Positions 53,129 through 64,000 of a stretch of 64,000 bases of DNA are shown here, piece after piece. The stretch is from the NCBI GenBank assembly GCA_963818355.1, contig CAWFSB010000033.1, positions 18,266 to 82,265 on the forward strand, read 5' to 3'. This DNA comes from an uncultured Acidobacteriota bacterium (GTDB lineage: Bacteria > Acidobacteriota > Vicinamibacteria > Fen-336). The number at the start of each line of letters is the position of its first letter. Position 1 is the first letter of the stretch. Both the position numbers and the translations under genes were made by a program. The notes below the pieces were generated by a model that had not been told where the DNA came from, did not search any database, and saw nothing but the letters and a program-made list of their open reading frames with translations.

Positions 53129-55024
53129 ATGGGCAAGAAGATCCTGCTCGCGGACGACAGCATCACGATCCAGAAGGTCATCGAGCTCACCTTCTCGGAC
53201 GAGGACTTCGACGTCATCACCGTGGGCAACGGCCGACTCGCCCTCGAGAAGCTCCCCGAGGTCCGTCCGGACATCGTGCTGTGCGACATCATCATGCCGG
53301 AGAAGGACGGGTACGAGGTCTGCGAGCAGATCAAGACGAACCCCTCCACCTCTCACATCCCCGTCCTGCTGCTGACCGGGGCCTTCGAGCCCTTCGACCA
53401 GGAGAGGGCGGCCCGCGCCGGCTACGACGGTTCGCTCGCGAAGCCTTTCGAGCCCGAGACGCTCATCGCGAAGGTGAAGGACCTGCTCGCGAGGGCCCCC
53501 GTGCGAGCGTCGGCCCCGCCCCTCGTGCGCCCGGCGCCCGTGGCGGCGCCCGTGCCCCCGCCGGCCGTGCCGCCACCGGCGGTGCTGCCCTTCCAAAGAC
53601 CCGCGCCGGCCGCGCCCGCCCCTCCGCCCTTCGTGATGCCGGCCGCCGCGGCGCCCCGCTTCATCCCCGACGAGCCGTTCGGCGGCCTCGAGGACTCGGC
53701 CTTCGAGGAGTCCTCGGCCCCGACCGATGCCTTCGCCCCGATGACGGAGGAGGAGTCGGCGACCCTGCTCGCGCCACCCGCCCCCGAGTCTGCGCCCGCC
53801 GACGCCGCGTCGACCGTGATGTTCCGAGCCGGGGACCTTCCCTGGAACGTCGAGCCCGCGCCGGCGCCTCCAGCGCCTGCGTTCGCGGCGATGCCCGAGC
53901 CCGTTCCCCCCGCTCCCCCGTTGCGAGAGCCCGAGCCGGTGTTCGCTCCTGAGGTGACCGAGGTGGGCGAGGTGACCGAGGAGCCCGCGGTCTTCGAGGA
54001 GGTGCTCGAGGAGGACCTCGATTTCGGAGCGCATGGTTTCGAGCCGGAGCCGCACGTCGAGCGCGCCGACATCGCGACTCTGCCCCCGGTACCACCGGAA
54101 GACGAGGGGGGGGTGACCGGGGCCTTCGAGCCACTGCCGATCCTCGAGCCCGAGCCTGCGCCGGCATTCGAACCCGAGCCTGCGCCGGTACTCGAGCCTG
54201 AGCCTGCGCCGGCGTTCGAACCCGAGCCCGAGCCCGTATTCGAGCCCGAGCCGGTCTACCAACCGGAGCCCACGCCGGCGTTCGAACCCGAACCCGTCTT
54301 CGAACCCGAGCCCGCGCCGGTCTACCAGCCCGAGCCCACGGCAGCCTTCGAACCTGAGCCCGAGGCCGTCTTCGAACCGGAGCCCGCACCGGCGTTCGAG
54401 CCGGAGCCCGTGCCGGTCTACCAGCCCGAGCCCACGCCGGCCTTCGAACCCGAGCCCGAGCCCGTCTTCGAGCCGGAGCCCGCACCGGTTTTCGCGCCGG
54501 AGCCCGCGCCGGTCTACCCGCCGGAGCCCGCGCCGGTCTACCAGCCCGAGCCCACGCCGGCCTTCGAACCCGAGCCCGAGCCCGTCTTCGAGCCGGAGCC
54601 CGCACCGGTCTACGCACCGGAGCCCAGTCCGCCTTCGAACCCGAGCCCGAACCCGTCTTCGAGCCGGAGCCCACGCCCGGTCTTCGCGCCCGAGCCCGCG
54701 CCCGTCTTCGCGCCGGAGCCCGCGCCCGTCTTCGCGCCCGAGCCGGCGCCGGTCTTCGAGCCCGAGCGCGCACCCGTCGCGGCGGAGTCCTTCGCCGACG
54801 TGGCAGCCGCCGTGGCCGTGCCTCCTCCGGCGCCGCCACCGCCGTCCGAGGCGGCCGCTTTCTCGGTGCCGGTGGAGATGGTCGAGAAGATCGCCCAGCG
54901 GGTGGTCGCGCAGATCTCCGAGAAGGCCGTGCGCGAGATCGCCTGGGAGGTGATCCCGGACCTCGCGGAGGCGCTGATCAAGCAGGAGATCGAACGCCTC
55001 AAGGCCGAGCTGCAGAAGACCTGA
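53129..55024 (+). CDS. RomR-like protein: receiver domain, Pro/Glu-rich disordered linker, helical C-terminus
   Basis: [28 protein letters not shown]; C-terminus [24 protein letters not shown]. Confidence 0.85.
   Translation: MGKKILLADDSITIQKVIELTFSDEDFDVITVGNGRLALEKLPEVRPDIVLCDIIMPEKDGYEVCEQIKTNPSTSHIPVLLLTGAFEPFDQERAARAGYDGSLAKPFEPETLIAKVKDLLARAPVRASAPPLVRPAPVAAPVPPPAVPPPAVLPFQRPAPAAPAPPPFVMPAAAAPRFIPDEPFGGLEDSAFEESSAPTDAFAPMTEEESATLLAPPAPESAPADAASTVMFRAGDLPWNVEPAPAPPAPAFAAMPEPVPPAPPLREPEPVFAPEVTEVGEVTEEPAVFEEVLEEDLDFGAHGFEPEPHVERADIATLPPVPPEDEGGVTGAFEPLPILEPEPAPAFEPEPAPVLEPEPAPAFEPEPEPVFEPEPVYQPEPTPAFEPEPVFEPEPAPVYQPEPTAAFEPEPEAVFEPEPAPAFEPEPVPVYQPEPTPAFEPEPEPVFEPEPAPVFAPEPAPVYPPEPAPVYQPEPTPAFEPEPEPVFEPEPAPVYAPEPSPPSNPSPNPSSSRSPRPVFAPEPAPVFAPEPAPVFAPEPAPVFEPERAPVAAESFADVAAAVAVPPPAPPPPSEAAAFSVPVEMVEKIAQRVVAQISEKAVREIAWEVIPDLAEALIKQEIERLKAELQKT
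54145..54770 (+). repeat. Coding tandem repeats of (F/Y)(E/Q/A)PEP(E/A/T)Px units, mostly 24 nt
   Basis: Roughly 25 imperfect copies of ttcga(a/g)cc(c/g)gagccc-type units. Confidence 0.9.
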
Positions 55025-55141
55025 GACGAAGGCGCGCGACCCCGCGGACGACGCGCCCCCGAAGCGGCGTGGTAGGCTCGCCGCTCGGCCCGAGCGGCGC
55101 GGGCGTCCGGCCGTGCACCCCGTGACAGGAGGAGCGAGACG

Positions 55142-57791
55142 TTGAGCATCACCATCGATCCGACCACCCTGAGCAGCCATTTCGAGCCGAAGGAGGCCGA
55201 GGAGCGGTGGGAACGCCTCTGGCGCGAATGGGAGGTGCACCGCTTCGACGAGAACGACCGGGGGCCGGCGTACGTCATCGACACGCCGCCGCCGACCGTG
55301 TCGGGCTCACTGCACGTCGGGCACGTCTTCAGCTACACGCAGACGGACGTCCTCGCGCGGCACCACCGAATGCGCGGCAAGAACGTCTTTTACCCGATGG
55401 GCTGGGACGACAACGGCCTGCCGACCGAGCGGCGCGTCCAGAACTTCTACCACGTGCGCTGCGAGGCCCACGCGCGCTACGAGCCGGGCCTCGACCTCGC
55501 GATGGCCGACGACGCGGGCCGCAAGCAGCCGCCCCGCCGGATCTCCCGCGCGAACTTCATCGAGCTCTGCCTCGCTCTCACCGCCGAGGACGAGAAGGCC
55601 TTCAAGGCCCTGTGGCAGCGCCTCGGGCTCTCGGTGGACTGGCGGCTCGAGTACTCCACGATCAACGAGCGCAGCCGTCGCACGGCGCAGTCGAGCTTCC
55701 TGGACCTGCACCGCAAGGGGCAGGTGTACCAGGTCGAGGCGCCGACCCTGTGGGACGTGGACTTCAAGACCGCGGTGGCCCAGGCCGAGGTCGAGGACCG
55801 GCCGCAGAAGGGCGCCTTTCACCACGTTCGCTTCGGGGTCGAGGGCGGCGGGAGCTTCGTCGTCGCCACCACGCGCCCCGAGCTGCTTCCCGCCTGCGTG
55901 GGGGTGGCCGCGCACCCCGACGACGCGCGGTACCGGTCGCTCTTCGGGAAGCGGGCGGTGACCCCCGTCTTCCGCGTGCCGGTGCCCATCTTCCCGAGCG
56001 AGCTCGTGGACCGCGAGAAGGGCACCGGCATCCTGATGGTCTGTACCTTCGGCGACGCGACGGACGTGCAGTGGTGGCGCGAGCAGGGCCTCGCCCTGCG
56101 GCAGGTCATGGGCCGCGACGGGCACCTTCTCCCCGTGGAGTTCGGAGGTGAGCTCTTCCCGAGTCTCGATGCCGCGAAGGCGAACGAGGCGTACGCGCAC
56201 CTGGCCGGCCGCACGGTCAAGGAGGCGCAGAAGGCCGTGGTGGAGCGGCTGCGCGACCCGGCCGGGTGCCCTTCGGGCGAGGGCCTCGCCCCGCTGGTCT
56301 CGGAGCCGCAGCCGCTCGAGCACCCGGTGAAGTTCTTCGAGAAGGGCGACCGTCCCCTCGAGTTCATCACCACCCGGCAGTGGTTCGTGAGGATCCTCGA
56401 GCACAAGCAGGCGCTCGTGGAGGCGGGGGAGCGGGTCGCCTGGCACCCGGAGTTCATGGGCCAGCGCTTCCGCAACTGGACGGAGAACCTGAACCTCGAC
56501 TGGTGCATCAGCCGGCAGCGGTACTTCGGCGTGCCCTTCCCGGTGTGGTACCCGGTCAAAGCGGACGGAACGACGGACTTCTCGGCCCCGATCGTCGCGG
56601 ACGAAGCGGCGCTGCCGGTCGACCCGATGACCCACACGCCGCCCGGGTACGCGGAGGGGCAGCGCGACCAGCCGGGCGGGTTCACCGGCGAGGCGGACAT
56701 CTTCGACACCTGGTTCACCTCCTCGCTGACGCCCCAGATCGCGACCGGCTGGACGGAGTCCCCCGAGCGCCACCGGCGCCTCTTCCCGATGGACCTGCGC
56801 CCGCAGAGCCACGAGATCATCCGCACCTGGGCCTTCTATACGATCGTGAAGGCGTGGCTGCACGAGGGGGAGATCCCCTGGCGCGCGGCGGCGATCTCGG
56901 GCTGGGTGCTCGACCCGGACCGCAAGAAGATGTCGAAGAGCAAGGGCAACGTGGTGACGCCCATGCACCTCCTCGACCAGTACGGGGCGGACGCCGTGCG
57001 CTACTGGTCCCTCGCCGCGCGGCTGGGCACCGACACCGCGTTCGACGAGAAGGTGTTCGCGGTCGGCCGCCGCCTGGTGATGAAGGTCTGGAACGCCTCG
57101 AAGTACGCGCTGTCCCAGAGCGCCCCCGACGGCCCGGTCAGCCACCCGCTCGACCTCGGCTTCCTCGCGCGCCTGCGCGACACGGTGGCGAAGGCGACTC
57201 TCGCCTTCGACGACCTCGACTACGCGGGGGCCCTCGACACGGTCGAGCGGCTCTTCTGGTCCGGCTACACCGACAACTACCTCGAGCTGGTGAAGGCGCG
57301 GGCTCGCTCCGAGTCGGACCCCGCGGGTCGCGCCTCGGCGGTGTCGGCGGTGCAGCAGGGGCTCAGCGTGCTGCTGCGGCTGCTCGCGCCGTACGTGCCC
57401 TACGTGACGGAGGAGGTCTGGTCGTGGGGCTTCGCGTCGGCGAGCGGCGCCCGGAGCATCCACCGGGCGCCGTGGCCCTCGGCCGCCGAGTTCGCGGTGG
57501 TCCCGGCGGGGGAGGCAGGGGCGGGATTCGACGCGGCCTGCGCGTTTCTCGACGCCGTCCGGCGGGCGAAGAGCGCCGCGGGCGCGACGGTGGGGCGCCA
57601 GCTGGCGAGGCTGCGGGTCGCCGACCAGCCCGCGCACCTTCGATCTGCTCGCGCCCTGCCTCGGCGATCTCGCGTCGGCCGCCCGCGCCGAAGGCGACGT
57701 CCTCGAGGCTCGCGAGGGAATGGAAGACGGGGCCTTCGAGGTGACCGAGATCGTTCTGGCGGAGAAGCCGCCGAAGACGACCGAGCCCTGA
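55142..57791 (+). CDS. valS: Valyl-tRNA synthetase, archaeal/actinobacterial type (frameshift near 57625)
   Basis: Motifs DTPPPTVSGSLHVGH, GWDDNGLPTE, DWCISRQRYFG, RPQSHEIIRTW, KMSKSKGN. Confidence 0.95.
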
Positions 57792-58582
57792 TGGACCGCG
57801 CCTCCGCCCTCGCGGCGGCGCTCGTCGCGCGGGGCGGGCCCCGATTGCCGGGGGTCTCGTGGCCGGCGTCGATCGACTCGACCAGCAACCGGCTGAAGGC
57901 GCTCGCGCGCGGCGGCGCCCCGGAGTGGACCGTCGTGCTGGCTGACACCCAGACCGGGGGCCGCGGCCGCGAAGGCCGGGCGTGGGTGTCGCCCTCGGGA
58001 GGGCTGTACCTCTCGGTGCTTCTCCGGCCGCGATTCGAGAAGGTGGGTCTGCTGCCCCTCGCGGCCGGCGTGGCGGTGGCGGAGGCGGCGCGCGAGCTCG
58101 GCGTGCGCACCGAGCTGAAGTGGCCCAACGACGTGCTCGCCTCGGGGCGCAAGATGGCCGGGATCCTCTCGGAGGCGGCCTCCGGCCCGGCGGGCGTCGA
58201 GTGGGTGGCCCTGGGCGTCGGCGTCAACGTGGCGCTCGACGCCGCCCGTGTCCCGCCCGAGCTGCAAGGCGGCGTGACGTCGCTCGCCGCGGAGGGGGCC
58301 GCGGACGTGCCCGTCGGCGTGGTGGCGGCGGCGGTGCTGGCCCGGCTGGCGGTCGGCTACGATGCCCTGCGGTCCAACCCGAGCGCGGTCCTGTCGGCCT
58401 GGCGCTCGCACGCGGCGGACTGGTGGGGCCGCCTGGTCGACGTGCGCGTGGGGGAGGCCCCGCTGCGGGGTCGGCTCCTGGAGGTGGACGAGGAAGGGGC
58501 CCTCGTGCTGGAGATCGAGGGTGGCACGAGGCGCCGGCTCTTCTCCGGCGAGGTCACTCGCGTGAGGCAGGCGGCGCGGTGA
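57791..58582 (+). CDS. birA: Biotin-protein ligase (no HTH domain)
   Basis: Motifs IDSTS, QTGGRGREGRAW, LKWPNDV, KMAGIL, GVGVNV. Confidence 0.93.
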   Translation: MDRASALAAALVARGGPRLPGVSWPASIDSTSNRLKALARGGAPEWTVVLADTQTGGRGREGRAWVSPSGGLYLSVLLRPRFEKVGLLPLAAGVAVAEAARELGVRTELKWPNDVLASGRKMAGILSEAASGPAGVEWVALGVGVNVALDAARVPPELQGGVTSLAAEGAADVPVGVVAAAVLARLAVGYDALRSNPSAVLSAWRSHAADWWGRLVDVRVGEAPLRGRLLEVDEEGALVLEIEGGTRRRLFSGEVTRVRQAAR

Positions 58583-59262
58583 GCGTGGTCGGCGCCACCG
58601 ATCCCGAGGCGGCCTACTACCAGGCGGTGGAGGAGTACTTCGTCTCCCGCCGGGGAGATCCCCTCTTCCTCTCGAACGCCGACTGGAACCTCGTGCGGAA
58701 GTGGCGGCTGGCCGGGCTTCCCCTGCGGGTCGTGCTGCGGGGGATCCGCGACGCGCTCGACGCGCACGCGCACGGGTGGAGCCGCGAGCGCAAGGTGGGA
58801 AGCCTCTCCTACTGCGCGCGCGAGGTGGACGCCGCGCGCGAGAGATGGGAGCGGGCGCTCGCCCTCGGGCGCGACGAGGGGCTGGACGCGGCGTCTGCGC
58901 TGCGCGGCTTCGCCACGGACCTCGAGCGTGCGCGGGGGCTCGGCCCCCGCGCACGCCTCCTGGCGGTCGAGCTCGCCCGGGTGGTGCGCGAGCGTGCGGA
59001 AGCAGGGCGCCTCGAGGAGGTCTCCGCCTGGCTCACCGAGCGTGAGGCCGAGCTCCTTGAGGCGATCTCCGCCGACGAGGGACAGGAGCGGGGGAAAGCC
59101 CTCGAGGCCGAGGTCGACGCGGGGCTCGAGCGGTGGCGGGCCCGGATGCCGGCGCGGGTGGTGGACGAGCTGCGCCGCGAGTCGCTGGCGAGGCGGCGGC
59201 TCGAGGCGTACGGGCTCCCGCGGCTGAGTCTCTTCCACCTCGAGGGCGGGGGAGGGCGGTGA
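58579..59262 (+). CDS. Conserved hypothetical protein with a DnaD-like helical N-terminus
   Basis: VEEYFVSRRG..LSNADWNLVRKW..GLPLRVVLRGI..SLSYC; C-terminal YGLPRLSLF. Confidence 0.6.
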   Translation: MSVVGATDPEAAYYQAVEEYFVSRRGDPLFLSNADWNLVRKWRLAGLPLRVVLRGIRDALDAHAHGWSRERKVGSLSYCAREVDAARERWERALALGRDEGLDAASALRGFATDLERARGLGPRARLLAVELARVVRERAEAGRLEEVSAWLTEREAELLEAISADEGQERGKALEAEVDAGLERWRARMPARVVDELRRESLARRRLEAYGLPRLSLFHLEGGGGR

Positions 59263-60575
59263 GGCCGGCCTCGCCGGCCGCCGGCGGGCTCTCTCCCGGC
59301 CAGCTGGTCGAGGCGGTGATCGAGAAGGGCGTCTACCGCGGGCGCGGTCTCGGGCGCGTGGATGGGCGCGTGGTGTTCGTACCGCGGGCTCACCCCGGCG
59401 ACCGCGTGCGCGCACGGGTCACCGAGGTGCACGCCGGCTGGGCCGAGGGCGCCCTCGTCGAGGTCCTGGCCGCCGCCCCGGACCGGCGGGCCTCGCCTTG
59501 CGCGTACGTGCCCCGGTGCGGGGGCTGCTCCTACCAGGATCTCGGCTACGAAGCACAGCTGCGCGTGAAGGAGTGCGTGCTCCTCGAGTCGCTGGGTCGC
59601 GCGGGGGCGCCGTGGGAGGGGCCGGTGGTCGTCCACGCGTCCCCGGAGACCGGTTGGCGGATGCGGGCGTCGCTCCATTTCGCAGCCGGAGACAACGGCC
59701 TGCGCCTGGGGCTGCAACAGGAGAAGACGCACCGCGTGGTGGACGTCCTGGCGTGCCTCCAGCTGTCGGAGCGCATGAACCGCGCCGCTCGCTCGCTTCG
59801 CGACGCCGCCGCCTCGATCCCGGCGCTCGGGCCACGGCTGCGGGGTCTCGACCTCCTGGAGTCGCCGGACGGGGGAACGCTCCTGGCCTCGCTCGAGACG
59901 GCGCTCGCGCCCCACGAGGCGCCTGCCCTCGTCTCCCTGGCCGCGCGCGTGCCGGGCCTCGATGGCTTCGGGGTCGCGACGGGCCCCCGGCTCCAGTGGC
60001 TGCAGGGCGCGCCGTTCGTCGAGGCGAGCGTCCTCGGCGTCGTCCTGAGGGCCCGCGCGCGGTCGTTCTTCCAGGCGAACCGCTTCCTGCTCGAGCCCCT
60101 GGCGCGCACGGTCGTGGACCTGGTGCCGCCGGGGGACGGGCGGGTCGTCGACCTCTACGCGGGGGTCGGCCTTTTCGCAATGCCCCTCGCCGCCCGCGGA
60201 GAGCGGGAGGTGCTCGCGGTGGAGTGGGCGTCGTCGGCCGCCGAGGACGCCCGGTGGGCGGCGCGCCGCAACGGGCTGGAGGCGGTGCGCGTCGTGGCGG
60301 GCGACGTCGCCACGGCTCTCGCCGAGGCGGGCCCGGGGAAGGGGGAGCGCATCGTGCTCGACCCGCCGCGCACCGGCGCGGGGCCCGAGGTGGTGGCGCT
60401 CGTCGCCGACCGCGCGCCCGCGGCGATCGTGTACGTCTCGTGCGACCCGCCGACGCTCGGGCGCGACCTCGCGGCCCTGGCCAGGCGGGGCTACCGGCCG
60501 GACGTGGTGCACCTCTTCGATCTCTTCCCCGACACGTTCCACATGGAGACGGTCGTCCGCCTGCGACGCTCCTGA
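59259..60575 (+). CDS. rlmD: 23S rRNA m5U methyltransferase (TRAM domain + RlmD/TrmA)
   Basis: TRAM domain; CxxxxxCGGC; SFFQAN; DLYAGVG; LDPPRTG; YVSCDP; DLFPDTFHME. Confidence 0.88.
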   Translation: MRPASPAAGGLSPGQLVEAVIEKGVYRGRGLGRVDGRVVFVPRAHPGDRVRARVTEVHAGWAEGALVEVLAAAPDRRASPCAYVPRCGGCSYQDLGYEAQLRVKECVLLESLGRAGAPWEGPVVVHASPETGWRMRASLHFAAGDNGLRLGLQQEKTHRVVDVLACLQLSERMNRAARSLRDAAASIPALGPRLRGLDLLESPDGGTLLASLETALAPHEAPALVSLAARVPGLDGFGVATGPRLQWLQGAPFVEASVLGVVLRARARSFFQANRFLLEPLARTVVDLVPPGDGRVVDLYAGVGLFAMPLAARGEREVLAVEWASSAAEDARWAARRNGLEAVRVVAGDVATALAEAGPGKGERIVLDPPRTGAGPEVVALVADRAPAAIVYVSCDPPTLGRDLAALARRGYRPDVVHLFDLFPDTFHMETVVRLRRS

Positions 60576-60651
60576 CCGGCGATTGTGACGGTTCTCGAAC
60601 CGTCCTGGTCGCGCGGTCCGCCGGGTGCGGTCGCGGCTACCCTCGGCCGCC

Positions 60652-62981
60652 ATGCGTCGCCCGGTCCTCGCACTCGCCACGCCCTTCGGCGTCGGCTGCC
60701 TGCTGGTGGACGGGGAGGCGGGGAGGTCCGAGGCCCTCGTGCTGGTCGGGCTGGCCGCCTTGCTGCTCGGCCTCGCCCTCGCGGCTTCCGGGGGCAGGCC
60801 GGTTTGCGCCGCGCTGGGCGCCGCGGCGCTCGCCCTGGGCACGGCGGCCGCGATCGTCGAGGGACTCCAGCTCGAGGCGGGCGGCCTCTGGCGGCTCGTC
60901 CGGAGCGGCCCCGCGGAGGGCCGTCCGATGCGGGTCGTGGGCGTCGTGCGCGGGGACGCCGTCGAGCGGGACGGTCGGCTCACGTTCGTCCTCGACGCGG
61001 AGGGAACGGAGGTCGGGGGCCGCTTCGAGACGTTCGTCGGGCGCGTCCGGGTGGAGGTCGGCGGCGAGTGGCCGAAGCCGCGGCTGCTCGACGGGCACCG
61101 GGTGGCGGTGTCGGCGACGCTGCGGGCCGCCCGACGGGCCGAGGGTGTCCGCGAGAGCCTGGCCGCCTTCGCGTACTGCAAGTCGGCGCGCCTTCTCGAG
61201 CGCCGCGACCCGGACGGAGGCGGCCCGGTGCGGCGGTGGGCGGCCGCCGTGCGCGAGGGGGCGCGAGGCGCCTTCACCCGCTCCATGCTGGCGGGGACGG
61301 AGCGTGGCCTCGTGCGGGCCATGGTCCTGGGTGACCGCTCGGAGGTCGACGAGACGACCGCCGAGGCCTTCCGGGCCTCGGGGACGTACCACGTGCTGGC
61401 CCTCTCGGGCGCGCAGGTGGCGCTCCTCGCGGGGCTCGTCGTCGGCGCCCTGCGCTGGTTCCGCGCGAGCCCGTGGACGCAGGCCGTGGTCACGGCCACC
61501 GCGATCGGCCTGTACTCGCTGCTGGTGGGGGGCGACGTGCCGGTCGTGAGGGCGGCGCTCATGGCCTCGGCCGTGCTCGCGGGCCGGGCCCTGGAGCTCG
61601 ACGCCGACCCGGCCAACCTGCTGGGCGCGGCCGCGCTCGTGCTGCTCGCCGACCGGCCGGCCGCCGCCGCGGACGTGGGCTTCCAGCTCTCCTTCGGGGC
61701 GACGCTCGGCATTCTCGCGCTGGCGGGCCCGCTCACGCGCGGGGTGCCCCGGATGCCGCTGCGTCTCGACCTGGCGGTCGCGGCCTCCGTCGCCGCGCAG
61801 TGCGCGCTCGCCCCGGTCCTGGCCGGCTGGTTCCACCGTCTCGCTCCCGCCGCCGTCGTCCTGAACATCGCGGCGGTGCCGCTCTCCGGCGCCGTGCTCC
61901 TCGCGGGTCTCGCGGTGTTGCTCGTGGCGCCCCTGGGGCCGGGGCCCGCACAGATCGCGGGCGACGTCGCGTGGGTCGCGGCCCGCGCGCTCCGGCTCTC
62001 GGGCGACCTCGGGCCTCTCGGGCCGTGGCTCGACTTGCGGGTCGCCGCACCGACGTTCCTGGCCGTGGCGCTGCACGCGACCGGGCTCGGTCTTCTCTAC
62101 CGCGGCCGACGAGGCGGCGGGCTGGGTCTCCTGCTCGCGTGCCACCTGGCCCTCGTGGCGGGGCGGATCTCGAGACCGGCGGACGGGAGGCTCCACCTGG
62201 CGGTGATCGACGTGGGCCAGGGAGACAGCCTCCTCCTGCGCTCCCCGTCCGGGCGCAGCCTCCTGGTCGACGCGGGTGGCTCGAGGGACCCCCGCTTCGA
62301 TCCCGGAGAGAGGCGCGTGGCCCCGGAGCTGTGGCGGCAGGGTGTCCACCGCGTCGACGCGCTCCTCGTGACGCACGCCCACCCGGACCACGTCGGGGGC
62401 GCGCCATTCCTGCTGCGTGCGTTCCGCGTGGCGCAGCTGTGGGAAGGGCCCGCGCCGCTCGACGATCCGGCCTGGCGCCGCGTGGACGCCGGGCTGAACG
62501 GGGGCGGAGCCGCCCGCGTGACGGTGGCCGCGGGCGTGAGTGTCGACTGGGACGGGGTCCGGATCTCGGTGCTCGGGCCGCAGCGGCCCCGCCGTCCCCC
62601 CTGCGCGTGCGGAACGAGGACTCGGTCGTGCTCGACGTGGCGTTCGGCGACGTCCACGTCCTGCTCACGGGAGACGTCGCGGGTGAGGCGGAGGACGCCC
62701 TGCGCGTGCCACGCTCGTTCGTCCTGAAGGTGCCGCACCACGGGAGCCGGTCGAGCAGTCGGGGCGCTCTCGTCGCGAGCGCCGGCGCCCGGCTGGCCAT
62801 CGTCTCGGCCGGGGCACACAACCCTTTCGGGCATCCTCACCCGGAGGTCGTCGAGCGCTACCGGCGCTCCGGCGCCCTCGTGCTCCGGACCGACCGGGAC
62901 GGCACGGTGAGGGTCGCCACGGACGGCGAGCGGGTCTGGGTGAGGGTGGCGGGGGAGGGCGAGGAGCGTCGCATCCGCTGA
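60652..62981 (+). CDS. comEC: Competence protein ComEC/Rec2 (frameshift near 62600)
   Basis: Motifs HVLALSG, RAALM, GFQLSF, DVGQGDS, THAHPDHVGG, KVPHHGS, NPFGHP, RTDRDG. Confidence 0.92.
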
Positions 62982-63080
62982 GGAGAGAGCCACTTGTGGT
63001 AAGATCTGCCGGCTGCGGACCGGTGCAGGGGGGATGGCAGGTCGCTCGCGCGCCGCCTGCAGACGGCCCGGCGACCGCTG

Positions 63081-63479
63081 ATGAGCCAGACCGAGAAGCC
63101 GTTCACCGTCAGCGACCGGAGGCACTTCACGCCCGACGGCCGTCCGCGCGACGACGCCGAAGAGGTGGCGACGGCGCCCACGACGCCGGCCGCGCGCGGG
63201 GCCGGTCCACTGCGTTCTTCGGGGGCCCCGGCCGACTTCTCGCAGTTCCTGCTCACCCTCGCCGCCCAGGCGGGCATGCTGTTGAGCGGTGAGGGGCTGC
63301 CCGAGGGGGCCCCACCCGGCGACGCGCTCGAGGGCGCGCGGTCCGTCATCGCCATCCTCGACATGCTGAAGGAGAAGACCGAGGGCCGCCGGACGAGCGC
63401 CGAGGAGGCGCTGCTCGACCAGATCCTCTTCCAGCTGCGGATGGCCTACGTCGAGAAGACCCGGGCGGGGGGCGCGTGA
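63081..63479 (+). CDS. DUF1844 domain protein
   Basis: FTVSDRR; DFSQFLLTL; ARSVIAILDMLKEKT.G; LRMAYV. Confidence 0.8.
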   Translation: MSQTEKPFTVSDRRHFTPDGRPRDDAEEVATAPTTPAARGAGPLRSSGAPADFSQFLLTLAAQAGMLLSGEGLPEGAPPGDALEGARSVIAILDMLKEKTEGRRTSAEEALLDQILFQLRMAYVEKTRAGGA

Positions 63480-64000
63480 TCCCGACTCTCGCGGCCGGCA
63501 TCCTGCTGCTCCTCGCCCCGCCCGCCAGTCGTGGGGCCGGGCCGACGAGCGCGCCGCCGGCGGGGGTGGTCGTCTCCGTGCCGACTCCGGCGCCGGCCGT
63601 GGCGCCGACGTTCGAGGAGCTCTGGTCGGCCTACGTCGAGGCCGACGACGCCGACGACGCCCCGGCCGCCGCGCGCGCGCTACGCGAGATCCGGCGCGTC
63701 CGCATGGAGCGCAACGTCCCGAGCCTCGACACGGTGGGCCTGGGTCTCGTCGAGCGCGGGGTGGCGAAGCTCGACGCGAAGGACCGTGAGGCGGCGGAAG
63801 GGGCCTTCCGGACCGCGGTCGCGCTCGCGCCCGGACTGCCCGACGGGCACGCGGGGCTCTCCGTCGCGCTCCTGAAGAAGGGGCCGTTCGGAGTTGTCCC
63901 GAGCATCGACGCCGCGGTCTCCGGCGTCTCCGCTTTCCTTCCGACCGGTCGCGGGCACCGCAGCGCCCGCGACCTCGTGACGGTGGCCGCCCTCCTCGCG
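63476..64000 (+). CDS. Secreted/membrane TPR-containing protein (partial)
   Basis: GTG start overlapping the upstream stop; signal-like MIPTLAAGILLLLA; TPR-like AAEGAFRTAVALAPGLPDGHAGL; open to the window end. Confidence 0.55.
   Translation, partial: MIPTLAAGILLLLAPPASRGAGPTSAPPAGVVVSVPTPAPAVAPTFEELWSAYVEADDADDAPAAARALREIRRVRMERNVPSLDTVGLGLVERGVAKLDAKDREAAEGAFRTAVALAPGLPDGHAGLSVALLKKGPFGVVPSIDAAVSGVSAFLPTGRGHRSARDLVTVAALLA

Noticed and set aside
54145-54770. CRISPR array
   Set aside because: The units are contiguous in-frame coding repeats without unique spacers, and no cas genes are present.
55142-58582. Apparent ValRS-BirA fusion (1146-aa ORF)
   Set aside because: Created by an indel near 57625. 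The true valS frame ends at TGA 57789-57791, overlapping the birA ATG.
55307-61868. Very long antisense ORFs (1215 aa, 1019 aa) and many other Arg/Pro/Gly-rich ORFs
   Set aside because: Shadow ORFs expected from stop-codon scarcity in very GC-rich DNA opposite well-supported genes.

Overview
Very GC-rich bacterial chromosomal segment, mostly housekeeping genes. Gene content and architecture suggest Acidobacteriota, possibly Vicinamibacteria; this is inference and no search was run. In order, the window holds: the rplM-rpsI-rpsB-tsf-pyrH-frr operon; a lexA/DUF3467/dinB-like/nth/nitrilase cluster; an ECF sigma/anti-sigma/Spy-like cassette; DUF4912 plus GH57; an FG-GAP protein; AmmeMemoRadiSam A and B; an SDR; an orphan GspE/PilB ATPase; arginase; tRNA-Val(GAC); thrS-infC-rpmI-rplT-pheST-zapB-zapA-6S RNA-thiL; gatCA; a ~15 kb envelope glycosylation locus containing two tandem uncharacterised GT-C-like membrane paralogs; a degraded HNH cassette; a split B12 mutase with isobutyryl-CoA mutase signature residues; a RomR/PopZ-like scaffold; and valS-birA-hypothetical-rlmD-comEC. 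Many genes, including essential ones, carry single-base frameshifts. These are most likely long-read consensus errors rather than pseudogenisation. The most notable observations are: (1) a 76-codon in-frame foreign domain inside the GspE ATPase, bracketed by an 8-bp direct repeat; (2) a candidate direct-repeat LexA box, GCGAA-N6-GCGAA, in the lexA promoter spacer and again upstream of the HNH gene; (3) the GT-C paralog glycosylation locus with a Cache sensor that has no output domain; (4) a 242-bp REPIN/MITE-like palindrome just upstream of the tRNA promoter; (5) repeated leaderless promoter architecture.
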